From positions 802,004-866,003 of the forward strand of contig CAJINV010000012.1 in the NCBI GenBank assembly GCA_905178155.1: a stretch of DNA of 64,000 nt, given 5' to 3'. The position numbers were made by a program, and so were the translations under genes. Shown piece by piece: positions 1-11,000 of this stretch. The DNA is from Amoebophrya sp. A120. Taxonomy: Eukaryota > Protista > Dinoflagellata. Numbering within the stretch: the first letter of the stretch is position 1; each line of letters starts with the position of its first letter. The notes under the pieces were generated by a model. That model had not been told where the DNA came from, did no database searches, and was given only the letters and a program-made list of their open reading frames with translations.

Positions 1-90
1 AACAGTCCAAGAACTTGTAGTACGGAGATAAACAAAAGCGCTATTTATGTGTGTTCGCCATGTTGCGGCCCATCATCCATGTGCTAGCGC

Positions 91-3000
91 TTATCGTCCA
101 TTTCCCATCCTTCTTCCGACTTCCTCAGTACTAGACTCATATACCTCGATGTACCTCCGTCCCAGCATCGCGTTGTGAAATTTGCTCACCGCGTCCCGGA
201 CATCAGACGCGTGGCGGAGCTTCACGTAGGCCTGGCCGGTGGCTCGGTTGCCGTTCTGTGATGATGTTGCGAGACGGTGGTTGTAAATTTCAATTTGTCA
301 TGCGAAACCAAAATGCCATGCATACGATGTCATGCGCATGCAGCAGAATGTACATCTACATTTTCATTTTTATGTTCTATACCTTTTCTATAATCACGTC
401 CTTGTCCGCCTGGACTCCGTAGCCGAAGCTTTATCCTGTGCAAAAGTATCGCGCTCGTACTAATTGCGTTTATGCATTACAAATCTCTTTACTAAGGCGA
501 ATCCGCATCACAATTTGATTTGTAATGCTAAGTGAATTTGTAATGCAATTTATACTAGTAAGTACGATACTTTTGCAGTTCATAAGCTCAAAAACTCTGC
601 CACGTCGTGCTCGGTAGACTCGAATGGCAACCCGCGGAGTCGTATCAAACGCAAAAATGTCTGGGTCTGGAAAATCATGCTGCATATTTCTCATGGCCCA
701 TGACGCCTGTAATGCTTGACCTAGCATCGCAGACCTCCTGATCGATGCACCTTCCGCATGAGAAATGGCCTGTCCGTGTAGCAAAAACTGCACCCCTCTT
801 GTTGCTGGTCATGCAAAAATCCAAATTTTTTTAGAGTCCAAAAACAGCATGACAAGTTGCAATCTTCGAGACCCAGACATTTTTGCAGTTGATAAGTCGC
901 AACCAACCGTAATTGTCTCCGCCACGCGATCGACTGTTGCCACGGGACCCTCGTGGGGCTGTTTTTGATTTTCATTTTTTTATGTTTATTTGCATTTCGC
1001 AAAAACTAACTTTACCACTGTGATTGTGCTTGAATGCATGACAAGCCGCGTAGTTCCACTTTTTTTGTTTGCAACACAAATCTTTCGCAAAATATTAACG
1101 AATTATACGTGATCTCCTCATATCGCGCTCGCGGCCGCCGTCTCGTCGCCCTCTGCCTTGCGTTACATCGATGTATCGCTCCTCCATGTGTTTTTTATGG
1201 AGGCACTTCACTGCATCAGCAGCATCGAGGTGACCTGATTTAGTGTTGGATATCCTGCATTCGTTCGAAAGTAGATATTCGTGGCCGCGGCCCCTTGCCA
1301 TTAAGCTGCAAGCATTCCATTCACTCGAGCGGAATTTGCTGCATCAAGAATGTAGTAGAAGACAGACTGACATCACATCAAAGTCATGAGGATGTCGCAC
1401 AGAGAAGAGCTAGAGCAAGGAAGGGCATCAACAAATATAATCAAAATCCATAGGTGTATCGTCGATCTAATACTCAGCATCTTCACTAGCGCACTTCCCG
1501 CTGGTCTTCCGTCCCGGCCCATTGTTATGTACACCTGCTGTGCCTCGATCATAAACTCTGGCTCGAAGAAATTCACCACGTCCCTCTTCGTCGATCTAAA
1601 CGGAATCCCGTTCAGCTTCACCACCAGCGGATCGTCCTCTTCCGGTGTGTCGTGGGCGACGTTAGGGATCTGGTAACTTGATTGTCGGCTCCGGTCATCC
1701 CTCTCGTTACCCTTCTTCCCGCCCGCAGATCCGGAGTTGAAGGAGCTATAGCTGTCCTGTTGCCAATATGAATTGCAAAAGTATCGTATTCATCGTATAA
1801 ATGCATTACAAACTTCCTCATTATGAGAGATAAAATTTGTAATGCTGATTTACCTTAAGAGATAGATTTGTAATGCATGATTGCAATACGAGTACGATAC
1901 TTTTCCACAGGATAGCCAGCCCTTCTTGCCGAAGTCGCCTTTTCCTTTTTTCCCCTTGTCCTTGCCGTCCTTGCCCTTCTTTCCTTTTCCCTTCTTACCA
2001 CCGCCCTCCGGCTCCCCAGTGCCCACCATGATGCCCTGGGCACCATAGTACTTGGAGAGTTCGTCGATGTCTTGTTGCGTGCCCTGGGGACGAGTTGATG
2101 TGTAGTGGAAGTTGAAAATGGTACTTCTAATTTGTTGAAGTTGGTACATCAATGCAAGGTCAAGGTTTCTAAAACTACCAAGGTGGTTGATCTGTCATGC
2201 GGGGAAAAGAAAAATGCAGAAAAAAAATCACTCCATGTACTAAAATACCTTGAACAGCTCCAAGTATCTCCCCCCGACAACTTCCCCGGCTTTCTCTGTG
2301 CAACACTGGTCGCGCGTTTCTTTATCATTCAAAAACATCCAACAGTTTCCGGATCTTTTCCCGCCCTTTTTACCGGACATGAAAACCTCAATCAGAATGT
2401 CGGCGGGTGTAACAGCTGTTGTAGTTTTTGACGATATTTGTCATGCGAACTCAGTGATTCATGATATTCATTCTTCCAGAAGCATTTCATGCTGGTTTGT
2501 AAAAATCCTTCTAGTACAGTGTTCTACTAAGTACTTTGAGTCACAGAATTCGTTTATAAAAGTCCATTTTACCGTATTCCGCGAAGATTGTCGCGATGTC
2601 CTCTTCCGACACGTTAAACGGCAACCCTCTCACTTTGATCACGTTTTCATTCGTGATGTTCATGCCATTCGGCAGGTTCAACACGCCCGACACCGGAATT
2701 GCGGTCAAGTACTCCAACACTTCAGGGGCGGTTTCCGAGGAAATTAACCTGTGCCTCAGTTTGTCCTTATGTGCGCCGTCGGAAGCCAGGACCTCGATGA
2801 ACCGGTTGCCCATATACTTCTTGTGGTACGCCAGAAACTTGTTAAACTCGTTCTGTTGTGTGGTTTTTTGTTTCAAATTTTGAAGATGAATTGCGGCGTT
2901 TGATGCATGAACATGGAAACCTCAAATGGGTTCGCATCACAACAAGTCAATAAGAAAACACAAAGTGGAAACATGAAACAAGAGATGATGAAAAGTCTAC

Positions 3001-3546
3001 TTATTCATCATCAACATTTTTCGCATGCCAAAAACTGTGAGCCAGAGGGAAATATTAGGTTGAAGGTTTTTAGCTTCGCCTGGTGCAGCTACGTGGCCCG
3101 ATAGCCGCCCACACCCAAGAGCCTACCTTTCCACCTAGCCCACATGCTCCTTCCCAAACCATATCCGGAGCCAAACCATATAGAGTCGAAGCGATTTTCA
3201 TTTCCACGATGTTGAGATGTTGAAGATGATTTTAGCCCTTAAGGCTCTTGTTTCCCGAGACGATCTCTTCACTTCTACCATTTCTCGTTTCTATTATCCC
3301 TGAAGATCCAGCGCACATGATAACCACCTCGCATAAGAAAGAACCCAGCATCATCTTTACCTCATCCACACAGTCGACATAGCACTCCCCCGCGTGTGGT
3401 TTGGTCCCTCCCGGACGATCAGCGAGAAAATGAATGGCCGCCTCGTCGACCTGACCGTCGAAGAAGTCGACAATCGAGACCGCGTTGGCCTCGAAAGGCA
3501 GGCCGCGGCAGCGGACGCAGAGCCGCTTGGGCATGTGGTCCACCAT
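91..3546 (-). CDS. Multi-exon hnRNP F/H / ESRP-like protein with several quasi-RRM domains
   Basis: Repeated qRRM motifs: VRCRGLPFEA, KKYMGNRFIEV, VIKVRGLPFNVSEEDI, VKLNGIPFRSTKRDVVNFF, LRLRGLPFE (restored after removing 643-894), MLGRRYIEVYES; stop at 91-93. Mix of GT-AG introns (e.g. 256-382) and introners. Confidence 0.85.
432..584. mobile_element. Introner family B
   Basis: TATCCTGTGCAAAAGTATCG...CGATACTTTTGCAGTTCATA; TSD AGCTT/AGCTC; removal restores frame. Confidence 0.9.
643..894. mobile_element. Introner family A
   Basis: TATCAAACGCAAAAATGTCTGGGTCT...AGACCCAGACATTTTTGCAGTTGATA; TSD AGTCG; splits LRLRGLPF. Confidence 0.95.
1767..1914. mobile_element. Introner family B
   Basis: Family B ends; TSD GCCAA/GCCAG. 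Confidence 0.9.
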
Positions 3547-4952
3547 TTTGGCTGATGCTGGCGGAGGTAGTAGAAGTAGATGAGAGATCCCGTATAAATA
3601 CTGCTCGTCGTGGTGCAGCTGGTGCTTGTAGCTGCGTCTTGACCCTCGTGCTGCCCGTCGAGTATTGAAAGCGGCCCAGTGTACTTCTAGAAAGCTTCCC
3701 TTCTTGTCCACCCAGAAATCCCGACAAACCTCCCAAGAACAGTTGTCTCCTGCCCGATGATTAGACTACTTATCCCGAAAGAGTCCCGCGAAAACCGTGT
3801 GATTTAGCCCCAGAGTGTTTTATCTCCCCTGGATGCAGTGGTCCAACAAGATTCGAAATCGAAAAGTCCCGAACCCGCCCGCAACCAAATTTGTTTGCTT
3901 TTCAATAATGTCCCAATTGCAAGCAGCTTGCTGTTTCAAGTCGAATTGCCCACAAATGAGTTGCAAATGTTGTAGAACCTACCGGTTTTTACCACCACCC
4001 TGAAAAGAAGTGCAAATATATCAGAAAACAAGCTTATAAATTGTGATCTTCGGCGCTTCTTCTAAAACGTCGAGCGGGTGCAATTTATATATTCCCTTCC
4101 TTCTTGCACTTGCACGGCCCTGGTTGCATTGAAATCAGGATAGGATTGGGAAACGAGAGTGTAAAAATATCAGAGGAACGCACGCGAGAATCGAGAAAAC
4201 CTCCAGATCCCAACTACCCAGATTTTTTTTGTTCCGTGAGAGCGGACTGCATTTCAGTCCAGTGGTACAACCATCTCCATTTATTTGGGAGCTAGATTTC
4301 AACACTTTTGCCCTGATTGCATGTTGTTCATTGTCCCATCAACATGTTCTTGAAGAAGCCTCAGCCTGCCACCACTTTTGAAACCCAAGTCGTGGCGAAG
4401 CGGCTAGTCTAGTAGATTTTATTCTATCAATTGCCGCTTATGATGATCCCTGCGCTTGCAGCTCGCTAGAAAATTTGAAACTCTTGGTAGTGCTCGCCCA
4501 AAGTAACCTCCTGCTGTTGTATCTAATTCTAATCTACAGCCCGAAATAAAAATACCTCCCGGGGGGGATGCAAGCAGTCTTCAGACCCGGACATAATCAA
4601 GGAACATTTCCAGTTTGCCTTCGACATACTCGCAAAAATATGGTCAGACCGGGAAACATTTCGAACACGTGGATTTTTTCTGTTCTTGATCTCATTCATG
4701 AGAAAGAAAGAGAGCAGACGCCATGCTATCAGCCATGTTACGTCGCCTACTCTTCAAGGCACGCGAGGGCAGCTCGGTGCAGTCTTAGTTTGTTTTTATT
4801 GATTTTGTATTTGATGCGAATCAATTGCACTTTCAATGCGTCCAGATTGAAGCAATACTGATCACATCAAAGCAAAGGCAGTCGTTTATTATGTCGCTTG
4901 TTGAAGTTCTTCTGCTTGTTCAGAGGATCATTTTTTGGCGAGATGAAAATTG

Positions 4953-6166
4953 CTACGCAAAATATCCCTCCGTCGGGTCCTTGACCGATCTCAAAGGCAT
5001 GGTTCCGTCGACACTTGCATCAAATGCAAAAGTGTCTGGGTCCGGGAGATTGCAAGACTTGTCATGCAGGTTTTCCATGACCCACGAGATCTGGAATGCG
5101 GGGCCTCCCATGACAGATTCTGTGGGGTCTCTATCATGCCTATCCTGCATGAGAAACTCCCTCTTAACTTGACCGAAAGTGGACAGCTTTTGGCACTCAT
5201 GCAACATCATTTTTGCATGGTTCAGATTTAGCATGACAAATTGCATCTTTGCAGACCCAGACATATTTGCAATGCATAACTTGCGTCTTTCTGCGCCCCG
5301 GCTTGTGACATCAGGTACTGATTTATGAATGTGCACAACTCCCCCTCCCCTTCATTTGTCATGCAAAATGTCGAATCGAGGCTGTGCCGCTTAGCACTGT
5401 TTGCATGATAAGTTCTGACAGCCCAAATAGCAGCACTACAATCCTGGCACATCTGTCATGCTAAACATGCAGTCTCGCTGGCACTTGTATTGCCGTTCAT
5501 GCTATAGCTATACAAATGAGGGGGAGGGGGAGTAGTTGTGCACTCTCATATGATTTAAAAAATATTTGGACTCCGTCCACCTCTGTGCGCACCGCCAGAC
5601 ACAGGTCTTCTGCGAGCTGGAGAGTTGTTTGGACGGGGCGCCGGGGTTGCACTGCTGGTAACACCTGGAAGAGAGCTTCAACATCTCTTTCTGCTCTTTC
5701 ATCACTTCCGCAAGCTGGTTTGGGTATCCAAGAAAAAAAGTTCGTCACGATCACTCATGCGCATTCTTGCAATACAAAATTGCTTGTCATGCGTAAAAAT
5801 GCATTACAGCCAAACTTCATTACGGATTTCCCTAGTGTTTCTGCAATACAAGGAAACTTTGTGATGCTGAGAAAATTTGTAATGCAAAACCTGCAAGTTA
5901 GATACTGTGACAAACTTTTTTCTCTCCATATTGAGGTTTTTTGATTTATTGGAATTGGTGAATCATGGTTATGGAGGGCTATCTACTTCAATTCGAATCG
6001 GGCGGGATGTGGTACTAGTACTGCATCACAGCAGGCTCAGCTAGTGAGCATCTACATCTCTTCATAGGTATGAACTACCAAAATTAAGAAGTAGAAAAAT
6101 GACCTCTACTACCTGCAGCACTGCAAGCTGCTGCTGTTGCGCCGCTGTCAGATTTTGGTCCTGCAT
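4953..6166 (-). CDS. Small Tim (Tim8/9/10/13 family) mitochondrial intermembrane-space chaperone
   Basis: Spliced MQDQNLTAAQQQQLAVLQ|LAEVMKEQKEMLKLSSRCYQQC...KTCVWRCAQRWTESKYFLNQYL; twin CX3C motif; one GT-AG intron and two introners. Confidence 0.85.
5018..5278. mobile_element. Introner family A (CATC left end)
   Basis: Family A TIRs; TSD ACTTG. Confidence 0.9.
5324..5550. mobile_element. Introner family C
   Basis: TATGAATGTGCACAACTCCCCCTCCCC...GGGGAGGGGGAGTAGTTGTGCACTCTCATA; TSD TGATT; removal gives FLNQYL. Confidence 0.95.
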
Positions 6167-6521
6167 TTCGGTGGAACTCGCGGGACACGTTCCCTTGCAG
6201 CCGGCTGCTTACTGACGCCCGATAGTTTACTGCTTACCGTGCTATCTACTCCCGTATACAACTCTGGCTTGCGAAAAGAATGCAGTGGAGGTGGACATGG
6301 GTCGTTCTTTCTCTAGTCTCGAATTCGAAATGCTACTAGACGCAAGAAGTGAAGATGGTTTCATCGGTTTTGAACATGTTGAAGAATATGAAATAATCAA
6401 CTGGGATAGCAAATTACCTTTTTTACAGCATTTTGAAGAACGTCAACTTCATGCTGCGCCTGCATCTGCATGGTTAGATAGATACAAACCTCGACCTGTG
6501 GTCGCTGAAGCATCATCGATT

Positions 6522-7333
6522 TACTGAGTGGAAAATTTCACAAATACAAATATCTGCAAAAATTGGCCTTTAGAGGGTTCAGGGCTGCTGGGAGGGGGTC
6601 CAGGGTCTGCGAAACGCAACGCCGGCGAGTCGAACAGCAGCACAGCAACAGTGCGCGGCGTTCTTCTGTCCGGCAAGGTCCGGAGGGTTTGGCGTCGCTG
6701 GAGGCCATACCGGACGACCACGAGCATGCATGTACTTCAACAACAAAATCAGAAGGCTGCTTCCTTTCCTTTTCGTCGAATCCGCCGATGCGGTTTGTCG
6801 TTTAGCTCGTGATTGGAGCAAAAAAACGCTATTCCCACTCGGTAACTTTCCACAAATGAACAGACCCGACCCCTCCGGAGACCCCAAGATCTGGGGCCCT
6901 TCGGAACAACCAAACTCCCAATTCCCGCTTGGTAACTTTCCACAAATGAAAAGGCAGGGGGGTCCGGCGACCCCTGCCGGAGAGGTCGCCCGCGAGCATT
7001 TTTCTGCGTCATTTTGATGCGATTTTCCCCTTTCGGCGATTCGCCGCGACCTATTACTGCCTCCGCATGCGCCGCATGGCGCCGGAGTTCCGGGCACCAT
7101 GGCGCGGCCCCAAGAGCCCTAGTGCCGCCCTGCTAGGCGGCCCGCGCTGGTGCGACTTTGGTCGGGTTAAATGGCGACCGCCTGAGATGAATGCTCTGGC
7201 GCCCCTCCCAAGGATGCCCGACAGGGCCTGAATTGCTGAAAAGCATAAAACTGGGCGCCTGCTTCTCTGCAGTTTTGTCCTTTAAACATCAACTTTTGCA
7301 GATCTTTGTATTTGTGAAATTTTCCCCTTAGTA
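6522..7333. mobile_element. Intergenic non-autonomous TIR element (TA...TA, 5-bp TSD)
   Basis: About 40-bp TIR TACTGAGTGGAAAATTTCACAAATACAAA; perfect TSD CGATT; internal direct repeat GGTAACTTTCCACAAATGAA. Confidence 0.9.
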
Positions 7334-8034
7334 CGATTGAGAACTTACTTACTAGCAGTTATCTGGAGCAACTCAGGGAGACTCAGCGACGATCCAATCT
7401 TGCGGCCAAACGGCAAACCATGGATCTTCCTCGCTGCAGCAGGAGCACAACTACACTGAGTGTACTTCTCGAGGAGCGCTTTTACTGGACAGGAGAAAAA
7501 AAAATTAGCGTGATCTTCCGGTCGTCACCGTCAGGAGATTAGTAGAACAACGCGCTTCAACAACTACTCCAGCACCTTCAGAACAGCACCACGCTCCGGC
7601 TCGGTCGGACTTGTTATTTCAGTTCTTTCACATACGAGATTGCTGTGTCAGTCCTGTGCGTGCAAAAATGAGTACAGTAAACAAAAAGCGCGTCGCTCGG
7701 TTTTTTCGGTTTTTTGTTCATCTTCAGCTTTCATACAACAGTAATTCCAGGCTCTAGCTCGTAAGTCGTAGCGCGGAATAAACAAGACTTCTTTGAAGGT
7801 TTTTTGGTAATCAATGGTATTGGTTAGAGGCAAAAAGAAATCATTAATAAGTAGAAAATCTTCATCAACGATTCGTAGTAGATTGCTCCTGGAGCAGATC
7901 ATTTTCAAACTAAAGAACTGGAAGATAGCGCCAGCAGTGGTGCCACCACTCCACGTTCATTATCATTAAAAGTCGCATGCAAAAAAAGCATCTGTTTCTA
8001 CTTCATTTCTTTATTTATTCAGTGATTCATCTCT

Positions 8035-11000
8035 TCACTCATCCTTCTGCTTATCTTTATTCCCACCAGCAGCGCCAGCTACCTGCTTGTTTTTCTGAAG
8101 TTGCGATGTCTTGGTCGCAGCGTTCGCTTCCACGCGCCCAGCACTAGAACCTGCAGCTTCTTCCGTACCAGCCGCACCATCACCTCCACTATCCCCTTTC
8201 TTCTTCAAAAATCCCTTCACAGACCTGACCACCGCTTTCAGCAACACTAGCGACAACCAGACCACGAAAATCCAGCCAATCACGGTTCCGAGAATGCTAA
8301 GCCGCACAGCTGTCTCGATGGAGTTCTTGTTCTCGAGAAGGCGTTTCTGGAGGTGTTTTAACCGAAGTTTCGCGGTGGAGGCGTCCGGGTCTGTGTCTTT
8401 CGTGCTTTTAGTATTCTTCTTGTTGTTCTTCCCAATGGAGGCTTTGTTCGCCGAAGTTGAACCTTCTTCCTCATCCAGTCCAACCTCCTTTATCGCTTTC
8501 GCAACGTTGCAGTCCACCCCCTGGTACACCGCATTGAATAGATCACTCAAATTTGTTTCATTTTCTCCATCCTCGTCCCCGACTGCAAGCAGCATCATCA
8601 AGGTTGAGGGAGAGAAGATCCTCAGCATAACCACCGAACTCGGCTTGGAAGAGGCCACTTTCCAAGAGGCACTGGCCACATCCCGCTTTATCACGCAATG
8701 ATCCAACACGGTGGACACCAGCTGCAAAACCAAACCCGCAATCGAAGTTGTGGCGTGCAAAAAGTTCGGCATGAGCAGTTCCTGGCCGTCTTCCCGCTCC
8801 TGCATCAGAAACTTCAACTGCCGGAAGAGGGAGTCGGGTATTAAGAGGAAAAATCCCCCCTCCCCGTATCGAAAAGGTATGTTTCCGGAAATTTGTGTTG
8901 CTGATTTGAGACCACAAATCACGTCTGTGTTGCAAGAAGGCAACTCCACAAGCTCCGCAGCATTGTGCGGGCGGTCTGTGATGCTGATGGGCCTACAGCA
9001 CGGACGTTTCTCATGCTAGACGCCTAGGCCAGAACCTCTCTACTCAGGCTTAGTATGGGGCTGCATTCCTCTCCAGCAAGACAAATCTTATTTGTGTACG
9101 CAAATCCTGCATTAGAAACTTCGTTTTGATATGGGGAGGGGGGATTTTTCCTACTTTTGATATCGGGGAGTTCTTTCTTGCTGTATTTCGCCTTCAACTC
9201 GTTGCAGTAGACGATTCTCCATCCTGTGCAACGGTATCGCACTCGTACTAATTGCAGATATGCATGACAAATCCAACCTTCTACCACAAATAGCATGACA
9301 AATTGCATTTTTGTTCTTGCGAAAATTATTTGTAATGCAATTTATACTAGTACGATGCTTTTGCACAGCATATCCTCTTCGCGATCTCCGGGTCGAAATG
9401 CTCGGACGACGCAGGAGCTGGTTGGTTATGGTTTTCGCCTTCCTGCTCTTTTCCGTCTTGTTTAGAAGATTTCGAAGCAGCACGACCAGCAGATTCCGAA
9501 GACCCGGACTGTGATTCATCTCCTGAGTCTAGTGTGGCTTTATTTGATGTTCCTTTTCCGCCTTGATTTGTTTTTACATACTTCGATTTGTTCTTGTTCT
9601 TTTTCGCCAATTTCTTCAGTCGTTTCTCCTCTTCCTCAGCCTATTTATGACAGTGCACAACTCCCCCTCCCCCTCATTTGTATAGCATGAAGTAGATGAA
9701 CGGCAATACAAGCATCAGGAAGAAAAAGAATGACGGTTTTGCATGACAAATTTGCACTGGAGTGTAGTGCAGCTATTTGGGCTACCAGAACTTGTCATGC
9801 AAACAGTGCCAAGAGGCAATGTGTGGATTGGGTGCGTTGCATGACAGATGAGGGGAGGGGGAGTTGTGCATTGTCATACCATTCCTCGACCTGTTCACAG
9901 TACAGCACCGCAGAGTGTCCGAACAGACCCGCCTTCTCGTAATTTTCCGCCGCTTTGTCCCGGTTCCCCGTCCGCAGCGCGAGTTGAGCGGCGCAGAGAA
10001 AGGGGGATTCGATGCAGGAGGCGGATTCGTGTTTGTAGATTTCCATTTCCTCGCTGGGAGTGGTTGTAATGGTCCCTGTGAACAAAGGCAGCTGCTGCAC
10101 CTCCGGCGATAGCTGCTTGCCAAGCACAAGCTGGTCGTGTGCCGGAGTACTCGTTGTTGTCCCGTTCGCCACTAACTCAAACGTGATCGCCGATTGATCG
10201 CCCGCCACGTCCATGCTGTCGCAATTTTCGCTCAATTGGCAATACCCGGACTGGTAAAACGTCAGGAACCTACACACTTGCCGGTCCTTGCACTCCCGGA
10301 CGCAGGACTGGAAATTGTGGTCGCCCTCGTTGTAAAGCCATTTTTGCTTGCCCTTTTTACAGTCGCCGGAAGGGCAGCAGAAAAAGTACCGGGAGAAGGG
10401 AAGGAGAAGCTTGTCGACGTCCACTTGCGAGGTCATGGATGAATCGACTTCACCGGCCTGCGTTAATACGGACGACGCTTCCGTATTGCTGGCACGACTA
10501 CTGCTTCCCGAGTCTCCACCTCCGAGCGAAAGCATGGACTTGATCATGGAGCTTGCAGTCGATTTTATTGTTCCAAGATCATTCCCTCCCCCCGTTAAAT
10601 ACTGCTCGATATCACTTTTCGAGAATTTTGACAACAAATCCACCGCCGACCTGGCCGCCAATTCGTGCCCCGTTTCCGCTATCAACCCGTACACTAATGC
10701 CGCTCCGGGAGACACCCGGCTCGTCGACAGCCCCCGGGATTTTGAGAAGTAAATCTCCTGCGTCCTCGTCGCGATCGCGTACATTAGCCTCGACACGGGT
10801 TCCATATCGTACGCCGCGTTTAAGAGGTGCTTTAACATCGGGCAGAACAAAGCGGATTGTTTTTCTCTCAAATCCAACAACCGCACCACCATGTACTCGT
10901 ACCTCTTTTCCGAGGCCATGGTTAACACCGCCAGCTGGTCACTCGCCTGCTGCGATTCCTGATAGGAGTGTAACAAAAGCAACGCCTTCCAGATATCGAC

